Origin: Accumulibacter sp.
GTDB lineage: Bacteria; Pseudomonadota; Gammaproteobacteria; Burkholderiales; Rhodocyclaceae
Assembly: GCF_031732815.1 (NCBI RefSeq)
Contig: NZ_JAVMKF010000268.1
Coordinates: forward strand, 270-64,269
DNA: 64,000 nt
Reading direction: 5' to 3'
Below, in pieces: positions 28,607 to 37,000 of this stretch. Every line of letters starts with the position of its first letter. The first letter of the stretch is position 1. The translations under genes were made by a program, and so were the position numbers. The notes below the pieces were generated by a model that searched no databases, was not told where the DNA came from, and worked only from the letters and a program-made list of their open reading frames with translations.

Positions 28607-30463
28607 ATGCATCTCAAGCCGGAGGCGCTGGCGCGCTACGGCCTGCCGGACATCGCCTATCCGATCGAAAGCGCTGATCTGCAGGCCGCACTGACAGGGG
28701 GCGGGGAACTGCCGCTGGCCATGATGCTGCATGGCCTTCAGGAGGTTGCGCGCGACGGGGAAACTGACTGGAAGCACCTCGAGCCAGCAATGAGTCGCTT
28801 GTCCGAGTTGCTGGCGCCGGAAGACGAACGCGATGTGATCTCGGCCGCCGGCGACACCTGGTGGATCGAGATCGGGCCAGTCGACCTCAGCGGCAAGCTG
28901 GTTACCGTGCAGCGTGGTAACGACTTGATTGCCGCGATCACACCACGGGACGACGGCCGGCTAAGGGTCGCGGTATTCCGCCCGCTGGATGCCAAAAGTG
29001 CGGAGTACCTGACTGGTCTGGGCCAGGTGCCGCACCCGGAGCACGGGGTTTGCATGCGCGAGAACAACTGGGAGTACGCGCTCGACTGCTCTGCGGGAAA
29101 TGGCAACTACTATGCAGCCGACCGGGGCGAGGCCTACCTGTCCTACTGGGAGAAAGGCCTGGGCATCAGTTGGGACGGTACTGAAGTTCCCGAGTGGCGC
29201 ACGCAGTTGAGCCTCGTTGCCCGTCCGGCTGCGCAAGCGGTTGTCGATCTTGGCGTCCACCACTCCTTGTCCGGGGATGGCGATCTGGAGCCCGATGATG
29301 ATGCGAGCGATGAGGCCGATGACGACTCCACGCCACTGGGCTGGCGCAGCAAGCGTCAGCAGCGCCGAACAGTTCAGGGCCGATTTGCTGGCTGTCTCTT
29401 GGGTGGCGCCGTCGGAGACGCGCTTGGGGCACCAGTTGAGTTCATGAAGCGGACCGAGATCCTTCGCAAATTCGGTCCCAAGGGAATCACCCAGTACGCG
29501 CCAGCCTACGGCGGCCTCGGCATGATTACCGACGACACTCAAATGACCCTGTTTACAGCCGAGGGGCTGATACGGGCGTGGGTGCGCGGCTGCATGAAGG
29601 GCATCACCACCTATTCCGGAGTGACGGCTCATGCTTACCTGCGCTGGCTTCAGACCCAAGGCGAACGTCCGACGTGCGACATTGACTTCGGCACCGACGA
29701 AACTGGCTGGCTCTTTCAGCAACGGGAACTCCACAGCCGACGTGCCCCTGGCAACACCTGCCTCGCGGCGCTGCGGGCGATGAAGTCGCTCGGGGAACCC
29801 GCCCGAAACGACAGCAAAGGGTGCGGGGGCGTCATGCGGGTCGCACCCGTAGGGTTATTCGCTTGGCGCCTGCGCCAGCAGGACTCACCGCACGACGCTT
29901 TCCGCTTGGGCGCCGAGTTGGCAGCCCTGACGCACGGACATCCGACCGGTGCGCTGACAGGCGGTGTGCTGGCAGTTCTGATCCTTGCGCTAACCGACGG
30001 CGCCTCATTGCCCGAAGCGCTGGTCGTATCGAAAGCCATCCTCCGATCCGAGCCTGGACATGAGGAAACGCTGCGTGCGATCGAGTTGGCCGAGACGCTG
30101 GCTGCGAGTGGTCAACCTCATGAAGCGGCGATCTCACAGCTTGGTCAGGGGTGGATCGCCGAAGAGGCGCTGGCCATCTCAATCTACTGTGCGCTCGTGG
30201 CACGAAATTTCAAACACGGCGTCATCCTCGCCGTGAACCACGACGGTGACTCTGACTCGACAGGCTCAATCACCGGCAACTTGCTGGGCGCCATGCACGG
30301 CGTCCGAGCGATACCAGCCGAATGGCTGGAGCCTCTGGAGTTGCACGAAGTCATCACGTCCCTTGCGGAAGACCTGTACGCCTTCAAAGATTGGGACATA
30401 GGCGAATACAGCGAGAACGTAGAGATGAACCAGCGCATTTGGCAGAAATACCCCGGGTTCTAA
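28607..30463 (+). CDS. ADP-ribosylglycohydrolase (DraG/ARH fold) with about 250-aa N-terminal unknown domain, 618 aa
   Basis: GAVGDALG, TDDTQMT, NDSKGCGGVMR and GDSDSTGSITG. ATG 28607 lies 1 bp after the HD stop. Confidence 0.88.
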   Translation: MHLKPEALARYGLPDIAYPIESADLQAALTGGGELPLAMMLHGLQEVARDGETDWKHLEPAMSRLSELLAPEDERDVISAAGDTWWIEIGPVDLSGKLVTVQRGNDLIAAITPRDDGRLRVAVFRPLDAKSAEYLTGLGQVPHPEHGVCMRENNWEYALDCSAGNGNYYAADRGEAYLSYWEKGLGISWDGTEVPEWRTQLSLVARPAAQAVVDLGVHHSLSGDGDLEPDDDASDEADDDSTPLGWRSKRQQRRTVQGRFAGCLLGGAVGDALGAPVEFMKRTEILRKFGPKGITQYAPAYGGLGMITDDTQMTLFTAEGLIRAWVRGCMKGITTYSGVTAHAYLRWLQTQGERPTCDIDFGTDETGWLFQQRELHSRRAPGNTCLAALRAMKSLGEPARNDSKGCGGVMRVAPVGLFAWRLRQQDSPHDAFRLGAELAALTHGHPTGALTGGVLAVLILALTDGASLPEALVVSKAILRSEPGHEETLRAIELAETLAASGQPHEAAISQLGQGWIAEEALAISIYCALVARNFKHGVILAVNHDGDSDSTGSITGNLLGAMHGVRAIPAEWLEPLELHEVITSLAEDLYAFKDWDIGEYSENVEMNQRIWQKYPGF

Positions 30464-30512
30464 ATGAAAACGGTGGCCACTGGAAACAAACACCTCGCAT
30501 GGGAGTAATGAC

Positions 30513-31013
30513 ATGACCGCTCAGATTGCAGAACGACTGCACTACCAGGGAGAGGACGTTGCCATGTGCACGAACCCCCTCAGCGACTATTTCGCCATGG
30601 GGGGCACGAACCCGCGCTTCGAGTCCAACTGCACGGCCTTGTGGCGTGGCTACGTTGGTAGCTGGGAAATCGTGGATGACCGCCTGTACCTGGTGGGGCT
30701 GAGCGGAACGCTAGAGGGCGGAGCGGATGCAACTTTGGCAACCATCTTCCCGGACTTTCCCGATCGCGTGTTTGCCCACTGGTACTCCGGCACGATCCGC
30801 ATCCCCCAGGGCAAACAGCTCGAGTATGTCCACATGGGCTACGGCAGCACCTTCGAGCGGGACTTGTTCTTGGATATCGAGCGAGGTGTGATTGTGGCCA
30901 CCCGGGTTCGTCATAACGGTACCGCCGAGTCTGATAACGCTCCCGAAAGCTACGAGGTCGGCGCCATGACGGTGTTCCCTCGAAGTGGTAAGGGTGAGGG
31001 GGAGTCGGCGTGA
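30513..31013 (+). CDS. Hypothetical protein, 166 aa
   Basis: Natural amino-acid composition (CTALWRGYVGSWEI); coupled to the next gene by GTGA overlap. Confidence 0.65.
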   Translation: MTAQIAERLHYQGEDVAMCTNPLSDYFAMGGTNPRFESNCTALWRGYVGSWEIVDDRLYLVGLSGTLEGGADATLATIFPDFPDRVFAHWYSGTIRIPQGKQLEYVHMGYGSTFERDLFLDIERGVIVATRVRHNGTAESDNAPESYEVGAMTVFPRSGKGEGESA

Positions 31014-31657
31014 TCTATCTCTACTGGTACCTCGGCATCGGCGCGGTTGTCCTTGCCATCGTCTACGGCGCACATCACCTGACAAAGGAGAAAGAGTCTG
31101 ACTCCCTTCGTGAGCTGCTCGAAGCCGTCAACCCGGATCGCAAGAAGCTTTCCTACCGCATCCTCAACAACATCGTCGCCCCCGTCCTTGCGGCCATCCT
31201 CGTGGTCGCCGTCTGGCCAGTGGCGATCTACATGAAGGTCAAGGAGATGCTCCAGAAGAAGGAAAGCTACGTGTCCCCGGAGGAACGCGAATTTGCAGTC
31301 GAGCGCGAACACCTGCTGGAGCGACTGACGGCGCAGGAAATCGAGAGGCGTGAGGTTGTCACAGATCCGCTCAAGGCTGCACCTGATTTGCCCTTTGGCC
31401 ACCTTAATGCTGCGTGGCAGGAATTCCTCCAAGGCAAAGCCGATGGTGCCGAGCTGTGGTCGTTCTCGGCACAGTGGCAGACGACATGGGGACGCAAGGA
31501 ACTGCGGTGTGGATACGCGGTGGTCCAGGACGGAGCGCCGGGCGCCCACTTTCTGACGGTGTGGAAAGACATCCCGGAAGAGGCGGAAGGCGGTGGCAGT
31601 GCCAAAAAGGCGAGCGCTGGCGACATCCCAGGCTGGCTCAGGAAGCAGGCTGACTGA
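31010..31657 (+). CDS. Hypothetical membrane protein (two N-terminal TM helices), 215 aa
   Basis: Hydrophobic segments YWYLGIGAVVLAIVYG and IVAPVLAAILVVAVWPVAIY. Confidence 0.65.
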   Translation: MIYLYWYLGIGAVVLAIVYGAHHLTKEKESDSLRELLEAVNPDRKKLSYRILNNIVAPVLAAILVVAVWPVAIYMKVKEMLQKKESYVSPEEREFAVEREHLLERLTAQEIERREVVTDPLKAAPDLPFGHLNAAWQEFLQGKADGAELWSFSAQWQTTWGRKELRCGYAVVQDGAPGAHFLTVWKDIPEEAEGGGSAKKASAGDIPGWLRKQAD

Positions 31658-31690
31658 GAGTCAGGCGCGACGACTCATCAAGGAGATCCC

Positions 31691-32122
31691 ATGCAATACA
31701 AGAAAGGCGATCGCGTAAAGCATCCGAAGAAGCCGGATTGGGGCATTGGCCAGGTGCTTGCCGACAGTACCGGCGGAACGGTACGAATCTTCTTCACCCA
31801 TGCCGGCGAGAAAACGATGTCACTGGATTTCGTGCAGCCCGAGAAGCTGTCGGGCGATGTGGCGTCGAGTCCGATCCTGGACCAGTTGAATCTGACCGCG
31901 CAGCCCACCAAGGATGCGAAAGGGAAAGTTCTCTGCACGAATTGCGGCGCGCCGACGCAGTTTGGCGAAACAGCAAATCCAAAGCGGTATCAATTGGGTT
32001 GGTGCGAGCCCTGTTTTAAGCACAGTCAGCGAACGTTCAAAGACGAAACCACTGGGGAAACGCGCTACATAGACGAATTTCGAACGATCGACGGTATCAA
32101 GAGCCGCTATGGCCCGCACTGA
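31691..32122 (+). CDS. DUF3553-like SH3-barrel protein with Zn-ribbon, 143 aa
   Basis: GDRVKHPKKPDWGIGQV N-terminus; CTNC...CEPC; SD AAGGAG. Confidence 0.65.
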   Translation: MQYKKGDRVKHPKKPDWGIGQVLADSTGGTVRIFFTHAGEKTMSLDFVQPEKLSGDVASSPILDQLNLTAQPTKDAKGKVLCTNCGAPTQFGETANPKRYQLGWCEPCFKHSQRTFKDETTGETRYIDEFRTIDGIKSRYGPH

Positions 32123-32130
32123 GGAACAGC

Positions 32131-32889
32131 ATGTACGAAATTGAAATGCATGAGATGTCGGAAGCATTCTTCCCCTGCTGGAAGGCAGCCGGCATCCACT
32201 TGAGCAAACAGGCCGATGGCGGGATCCAGTCATGGCTCCGCGCACACCCCTATCCGCCGTTCCTGGAGCATCTGTCGTTCCGTCTGGGCAATCAGCTGTT
32301 CTTCGTGCGCGTCGAGGACGTCGATGGGAAAGTGCGGGGCCCCGGAAACCCGCAGGGGTTCATCACGGCTGCCAGGATGGCTAACGGTCGAGCCTGCATC
32401 CTGCCGATGAAGAAGAAGCTTTTCGGTGGCGCCTGGGTGGCAGACATGCCGGGATGGGGCTTGCTGGACCCGGATACCAGAAAGCCGATCGATCCCGTCG
32501 CTTTGGTCACGGACCAGAAGATCGAGATGACGCCATGGGAGGTTCACGACATGGCCGTGCAAGTGGTCCGCGACCATCTGGACAAGCAAGGCTTCGAGTT
32601 GATGTCCTGGCAGGGCAATCCGGAGGTGGATCCCTCAATCTGGTTCATCGGTCAGTCCAAACGGCCGGAGTGGGTGGTAGTGCGTTCCGCAATATTTCCG
32701 GCCAATAGCGCCGAGCGCCCGAGCAACTGGCAGGCGATTGCAGCCAGCTGCGCCAAGATGAGCGCGATTGGTCACTTTGCCTGTGTCGCATTAGCGAGCG
32801 TAGACGAGATCTTCGACCCCGGCGCGGAGAAACCTATGCCGTTGTGGCGTGGGCATGGAATGCATGTGCGTTTCACCGGGCTGGAGTAA
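32131..32889 (+). CDS. Hypothetical protein, 252 aa
   Basis: SD GAGG; 8 bp after the previous stop. Confidence 0.65.
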   Translation: MYEIEMHEMSEAFFPCWKAAGIHLSKQADGGIQSWLRAHPYPPFLEHLSFRLGNQLFFVRVEDVDGKVRGPGNPQGFITAARMANGRACILPMKKKLFGGAWVADMPGWGLLDPDTRKPIDPVALVTDQKIEMTPWEVHDMAVQVVRDHLDKQGFELMSWQGNPEVDPSIWFIGQSKRPEWVVVRSAIFPANSAERPSNWQAIAASCAKMSAIGHFACVALASVDEIFDPGAEKPMPLWRGHGMHVRFTGLE

Positions 32890-32892
32890 GGC

Positions 32893-33681
32893 ATGGGCCT
32901 CCGGATCGCGCTCGCTGTGCTGATAACTCTGTTCAGTGTGTATGCCGTCTGGATCGAGCCGAACTGGTTAGACGTCAGTACTCACGACATGCGATCGGAC
33001 CTCGCAGGGAAAGGCATCCGAGTCGTTCAACTCTCTGATTTGCACATTCAAGACTTCAGTCACCGTGAGGTGGAAGTTGCCAACCGAGTCAAATCCCTTA
33101 AGCCCGATTTGGTAATCCTTTCTGGCGATGTAATTGATAGGCTGGATCGGCTTCCGACTCTTCATTCCTTTCTTGCGGCTCTGGGCGATACGCCCACCGT
33201 TGCTGTTTTGGGTAATTGGGAATACTGGGCTGACGTTGATCTTCATGCGTTACGCGACGAGTACCGACACCACGGGATACGGCTTCTGGTGAATGAGGTG
33301 GCTTCTTATCGGGTTCGGCTGCGTACTCTTCACATCGTGGGCATGGATGATTTCACTGCTGGCCAACCAGACGGTGGACTCTTGAACGCACCCCTTAAGG
33401 GCGGCACAGCGGTGTTAGTGCAGCACTCGCCAGGCTATTTTGAAAAATTGCCGACCAATCTCCGTTCAGGAATATTCAACCTGTGCCTTTCCGGGCACAC
33501 CCATGGTGGTCAGATCACTCTTTTTGGGTTGCCCATATGGAGGCCCCCGGGCAGCGGTCCTTTTGCTTCGGGGTGGTATGAGACGACGGCCTGCAAACTC
33601 TACGTCTCGAAGGGACTCGGGACGTCACTTCTACCAGTCAGATTTGGGGCGCGTCCAGAGATCGCTGTGTTTGATCTTTGA
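32893..33681 (+). CDS. Calcineurin-like metallophosphoesterase (YkuE-like) with N-terminal TM/signal, 262 aa
   Basis: SDLH, GDVID, GNWE, HSP and GHTHGGQ motifs. Confidence 0.88.
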   Translation: MGLRIALAVLITLFSVYAVWIEPNWLDVSTHDMRSDLAGKGIRVVQLSDLHIQDFSHREVEVANRVKSLKPDLVILSGDVIDRLDRLPTLHSFLAALGDTPTVAVLGNWEYWADVDLHALRDEYRHHGIRLLVNEVASYRVRLRTLHIVGMDDFTAGQPDGGLLNAPLKGGTAVLVQHSPGYFEKLPTNLRSGIFNLCLSGHTHGGQITLFGLPIWRPPGSGPFASGWYETTACKLYVSKGLGTSLLPVRFGARPEIAVFDL

Positions 33682-33705
33682 TCTGCGATTAAGAAGGGAT
33701 TAAAT

Positions 33706-34683
33706 ATGACCATGGCCAATATCACCGTCGTCAAGGGCAACATCGTCAGGAAGACCGACTGCGACGGCGTCGTCAATTCGGCAAATCCGAACCTGCGAGC
33801 AGGTAGTGGAGTCTGTGGCGCAATTTACGCAGCAGCAGGGCCCCGTCTCGAACCCTACAGCTCGCAGTTCGCGCCTCTTCAAATAGGCGAAGCGTTGGCA
33901 ACACCTGCTTTTGATATGGATTGTCGCTACATCATCCACACCCGAGGCCCCAAGTATTACGAGGATGCCGACCCTCCCGGTAGCCTCGAGAAAGCCATGC
34001 GCAACACCATCGCTTTGGCTGATGAAAATGGCTTAACCCGATTAGCTGTTCCTGCGATTTCGATGGGTGTGTACGGCTACCCAGCGGAGGAGGCCATTCC
34101 AATCCTGGTGCGTGTTGCATCCCAAATGGCAGGGGTGCTTCAGAACCTACTGGAAATTCGTTTCGTGGTGGTGAGCGATGAACTCTTGCACCTGTTCCGT
34201 CGGTCGATTGAACAGCATGTCACATCCGCCGATGAATGCACCCCGCAGGCGCTCGTACCCCTGAGAGTTTCAAGAGTTAAGGAGTCAGAGGTTCGCGACA
34301 AGCTGGAGCAGTTTCATATTTTGACTTATGCCGAGGACGGATTCTCACCACTGGATATTCACGCACGACGACTCGGTATCGATCGCGAGCTTGTGAAGGC
34401 ATTTGTGAGTGAAGTCAACGATCGATCCGCAGTTGGCTCGCTTCATCCGAAGGCGCCCGTCAGTGCTGTGCCGCGTGAACTGGTCCGCGACCGGCAGGAC
34501 GTAGATGCGCTGGCTGCAAGCATTGGGGAGCTCCTGCGTGTCAATCGTGAAACGATCAAAGCCAGACGTTTGGCCTTCGATTTTCGTACGCCGTCGGTAC
34601 CTGAGTTCACAGTTGCTGCGTTGAATTCTGCGATGCGTGCGCAGGAGTCTGGCTTGGAAGAAATTCTGATATTGGAAATGTGA
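33706..34683 (+). CDS. Macrodomain protein (ADP-ribose binding/hydrolase) with unknown C-terminal domain, 325 aa
   Basis: VVNSANPNLRAGSGVCGAIYAAAG, IIHTRGP and PAISMGVYGYP. Confidence 0.88.
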   Translation: MTMANITVVKGNIVRKTDCDGVVNSANPNLRAGSGVCGAIYAAAGPRLEPYSSQFAPLQIGEALATPAFDMDCRYIIHTRGPKYYEDADPPGSLEKAMRNTIALADENGLTRLAVPAISMGVYGYPAEEAIPILVRVASQMAGVLQNLLEIRFVVVSDELLHLFRRSIEQHVTSADECTPQALVPLRVSRVKESEVRDKLEQFHILTYAEDGFSPLDIHARRLGIDRELVKAFVSEVNDRSAVGSLHPKAPVSAVPRELVRDRQDVDALAASIGELLRVNRETIKARRLAFDFRTPSVPEFTVAALNSAMRAQESGLEEILILEM

Positions 34684-34713
34684 TGTTTGGTATCAATTTG
34701 TGGGGAGTAACGG

Positions 34714-35496
34714 ATGGCAAAGCCTGTTGAAATCGGTTCCCGGAGCTTCCGGACCCAGAAAAGCGCTCTTGATCACTACAAGGAAATCCTGCATCGGTAT
34801 CGGGACGGGGAGCGTGTCGCCGACCCGAGCGATCACGCCGACCTCGTGTCGCTCATCGAGCGGTATGACCCGATTCTTGAAGATGTCGGTGAGCCGGCGA
34901 AGGGGTGCGGGCAGATCGGCCACTTCGAGCGGCGCTTGAATACCGGGACGGGCTGGAGCAACTCAGGCTTCTGGGTGGTGCGCCAAGATGGGACTGCCAC
35001 GGACTTTTCGTACATTTGGGCCGTCAAAGGCCTTGCGGGGGACCGGTCGAAGGACTTCTATGGTGCGTGCCGTGAGGCAGTCGCACTCGACCTGGTCCTA
35101 GCTAAGAAGGGTGCCTTTGCAGAGTATGGGGATGACCAAGGGCGGGTTGAGTGTGAACTGACCGGCGTGCTGGTCACCATCGATGACGCACACCTGGACC
35201 ACGCTTGGCCGTACTTTTCACACTTGGTGAGTGGCTTTCGGGCTGCCAGGGGCTGGTCCAGAGACATCCCGGATGGTGTCGTGTCGGCTCCGGCGGATGG
35301 CCAGACGACGGCCACGTTCATCGATACCTCGGTGGCCGATGCCTTCCGGGCGTACCACCACGACCAGGCAATCCTCCGGATACTTTCTCGGACAGCGAAC
35401 CTGCAGACCGCCAGCCAGGCTCGACGGCCACGAGTCGCGCGTCCCGTCCGTGTTCCGGATCGATACAACGTACCATTAGATCTCGGACGCAGATGA
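34714..35496 (+). CDS. DCL/DUF3223-like protein with possible HNH-like C-terminus, 260 aa
   Basis: IGSRSFRTQKSALDHYKEIL...FWVVRQDGTATDFSY; C-terminal CELTG...HLDH...RTANL. Confidence 0.6.
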   Translation: MAKPVEIGSRSFRTQKSALDHYKEILHRYRDGERVADPSDHADLVSLIERYDPILEDVGEPAKGCGQIGHFERRLNTGTGWSNSGFWVVRQDGTATDFSYIWAVKGLAGDRSKDFYGACREAVALDLVLAKKGAFAEYGDDQGRVECELTGVLVTIDDAHLDHAWPYFSHLVSGFRAARGWSRDIPDGVVSAPADGQTTATFIDTSVADAFRAYHHDQAILRILSRTANLQTASQARRPRVARPVRVPDRYNVPLDLGRR

Positions 35497-35541
35497 AGGG
35501 TCGGAGTTCTATCGCCCAAGAGGCTGAAATCGAGGTCGCAC

Positions 35542-36768
35542 ATGCATAAACCGTTTGGACAAATCCCCTGGCCCAACCCCGTTGCTGCATCCAACGTTGC
35601 TGACGCGGCGCGCCATGTTGAAAGCTCGCTGGATGACGACCCCGATCCCGATGTCCACCCTGGCTCCGATCGGTTCCCCCGGCCGGGATTAGATATCCCG
35701 AGCGCCGATGACTCTCAAGAGGTGGTTGATGAAGTCGACCCCGCGTCTCTACCGGTTAGTCAGGGACAAGACGAGGAAAGTCATGAAGGCGCTGCCGGCG
35801 GAGTCGTCGAGGGGGGCGTCGAGTACTTGGCCTTTTACAAGTCTTTCCGGGATGTCATGAGGGCTCCGGCGCGCAAACGGTGGGGCATTTTCTTCATCAA
35901 GAAGCGCTGTTTTGCTTTGGCCACCGACATGAGCTTCAGCACCGGGGAGTCATTCGCCGATTGCCTAGACGCCCTGGCGGCATTTCTGTACACGCACGAG
36001 CTGTATCACTACCGGTTCGATGCCCACTGCCTTCAGATGGAAGCAACCGGCGGGTTACCGGTGTACAGGCCATACCGTAGGCTGGTCGCGAAACGGCCGA
36101 TCAACGAATGGCATGAGGAGTCGATCGCCAATTTCTACGGCCTGAAAGCGGTTCAGCCGAGCCCCAGATTTCCCTACCCTCAGCCCGTATACGACTACTT
36201 GTGGGACCTGGTGGCTAACAGCCCGGGCGCATACGCCGGAGGCATAGACAAGCAGCAGAGGTCCCGAAAGGAACACATGGTTCAGCAGGCCAGCGCAGCG
36301 TTTGGGAACGCTGGTCCGACCGTTTGGCAGGATCTGGTCAAGTCGACCATTCGCACCGGAATGGGCCTCTCAAAGCCACGCGAATCCACACTGAGCTCCT
36401 ACTTGCACCTGGACAATTGCCCGGTTTACTGGATCGACTGGGTCAAAGGTGGAAAGAGTGTTTTGGTGCCATACGCGGCGTCCGTTGCTGAGATCAACAA
36501 CGATTTCATCAGGCGGTATCTAGCAGGGGTTCAGGACCACCACAGCGATCACAGCTACTACCGGATCGACAACGGGGAGAAGGTTAAGCTGCCAAATCCG
36601 CACCGCGCTGATCTGACCAATCGCGAGTTCCACAACATCATCGGCAAGGCCGGGATGACCAGCCCTCAGTTCTACAAAGAGAGGGATCGAACGTCTGTTT
36701 GGCGAAAAGGTGTCCCTCGCAGCCCGGTGCTGCCGCCGCGTTTTCCATCGAAGGGTGGAGCGAGTTAG
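35542..36768 (+). CDS. HExxH metallopeptidase-like domain fused to C-terminal HicA-like domain, 408 aa
   Basis: THELYH...EESIANFYG; C-terminal DHSYYR...VKLPNPHRADL...IIGKAGMT. Confidence 0.6.
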   Translation: MHKPFGQIPWPNPVAASNVADAARHVESSLDDDPDPDVHPGSDRFPRPGLDIPSADDSQEVVDEVDPASLPVSQGQDEESHEGAAGGVVEGGVEYLAFYKSFRDVMRAPARKRWGIFFIKKRCFALATDMSFSTGESFADCLDALAAFLYTHELYHYRFDAHCLQMEATGGLPVYRPYRRLVAKRPINEWHEESIANFYGLKAVQPSPRFPYPQPVYDYLWDLVANSPGAYAGGIDKQQRSRKEHMVQQASAAFGNAGPTVWQDLVKSTIRTGMGLSKPRESTLSSYLHLDNCPVYWIDWVKGGKSVLVPYAASVAEINNDFIRRYLAGVQDHHSDHSYYRIDNGEKVKLPNPHRADLTNREFHNIIGKAGMTSPQFYKERDRTSVWRKGVPRSPVLPPRFPSKGGAS

Positions 36769-36940
36769 AGGCGTTTGGGTCTAGATGAATGCATGTCGGG
36801 GCATGGTGGGAACAGCGCGGGGAACGGAATCCTTACTCCATGTCGCGCGGAATCCCTCCCGCCTTCGCCCTGTGGTGCAGGCCTGCGGGAGGACCGTCCG
36901 CTCCAGTGCTATACTCCACCACCACCATCAATTGGATCGA

Positions 36941-36968
36941 CGCCCAACCCTTCCCGGTTGGGCGTTTT
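36941..36968 (+). terminator. Hairpin with T-tract after the accessory cluster
   Basis: Perfect 9-bp stem CGCCCAACC/GGTTGGGCG, 6-nt loop, then TTTT. Confidence 0.55.
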
Positions 36969-37000
36969 CACGTTCGTTGTTTTCACGTCCAATTTCACGT
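36966..37000 (+). repeat. Three direct copies of TTTCACGT
   Basis: Copies start at 36966, 36981 and 36993. Confidence 0.7.

Larger units (their letters stand above)
10632..36768. mobile_element. Defence/cargo island: BREX + nested restriction genes + divergent accessory cluster
   Basis: Contiguous run of defence and accessory genes between the prophage lysis genes and host porin/trp genes. GC is generally lower than the host block. Confidence 0.75.

Noticed and set aside
36780-36930. Intact tRNA/tmRNA gene
   Set aside because: Only a CTCCACCA 8-mer; no T-loop (GTTCRA) or cloverleaf is visible.
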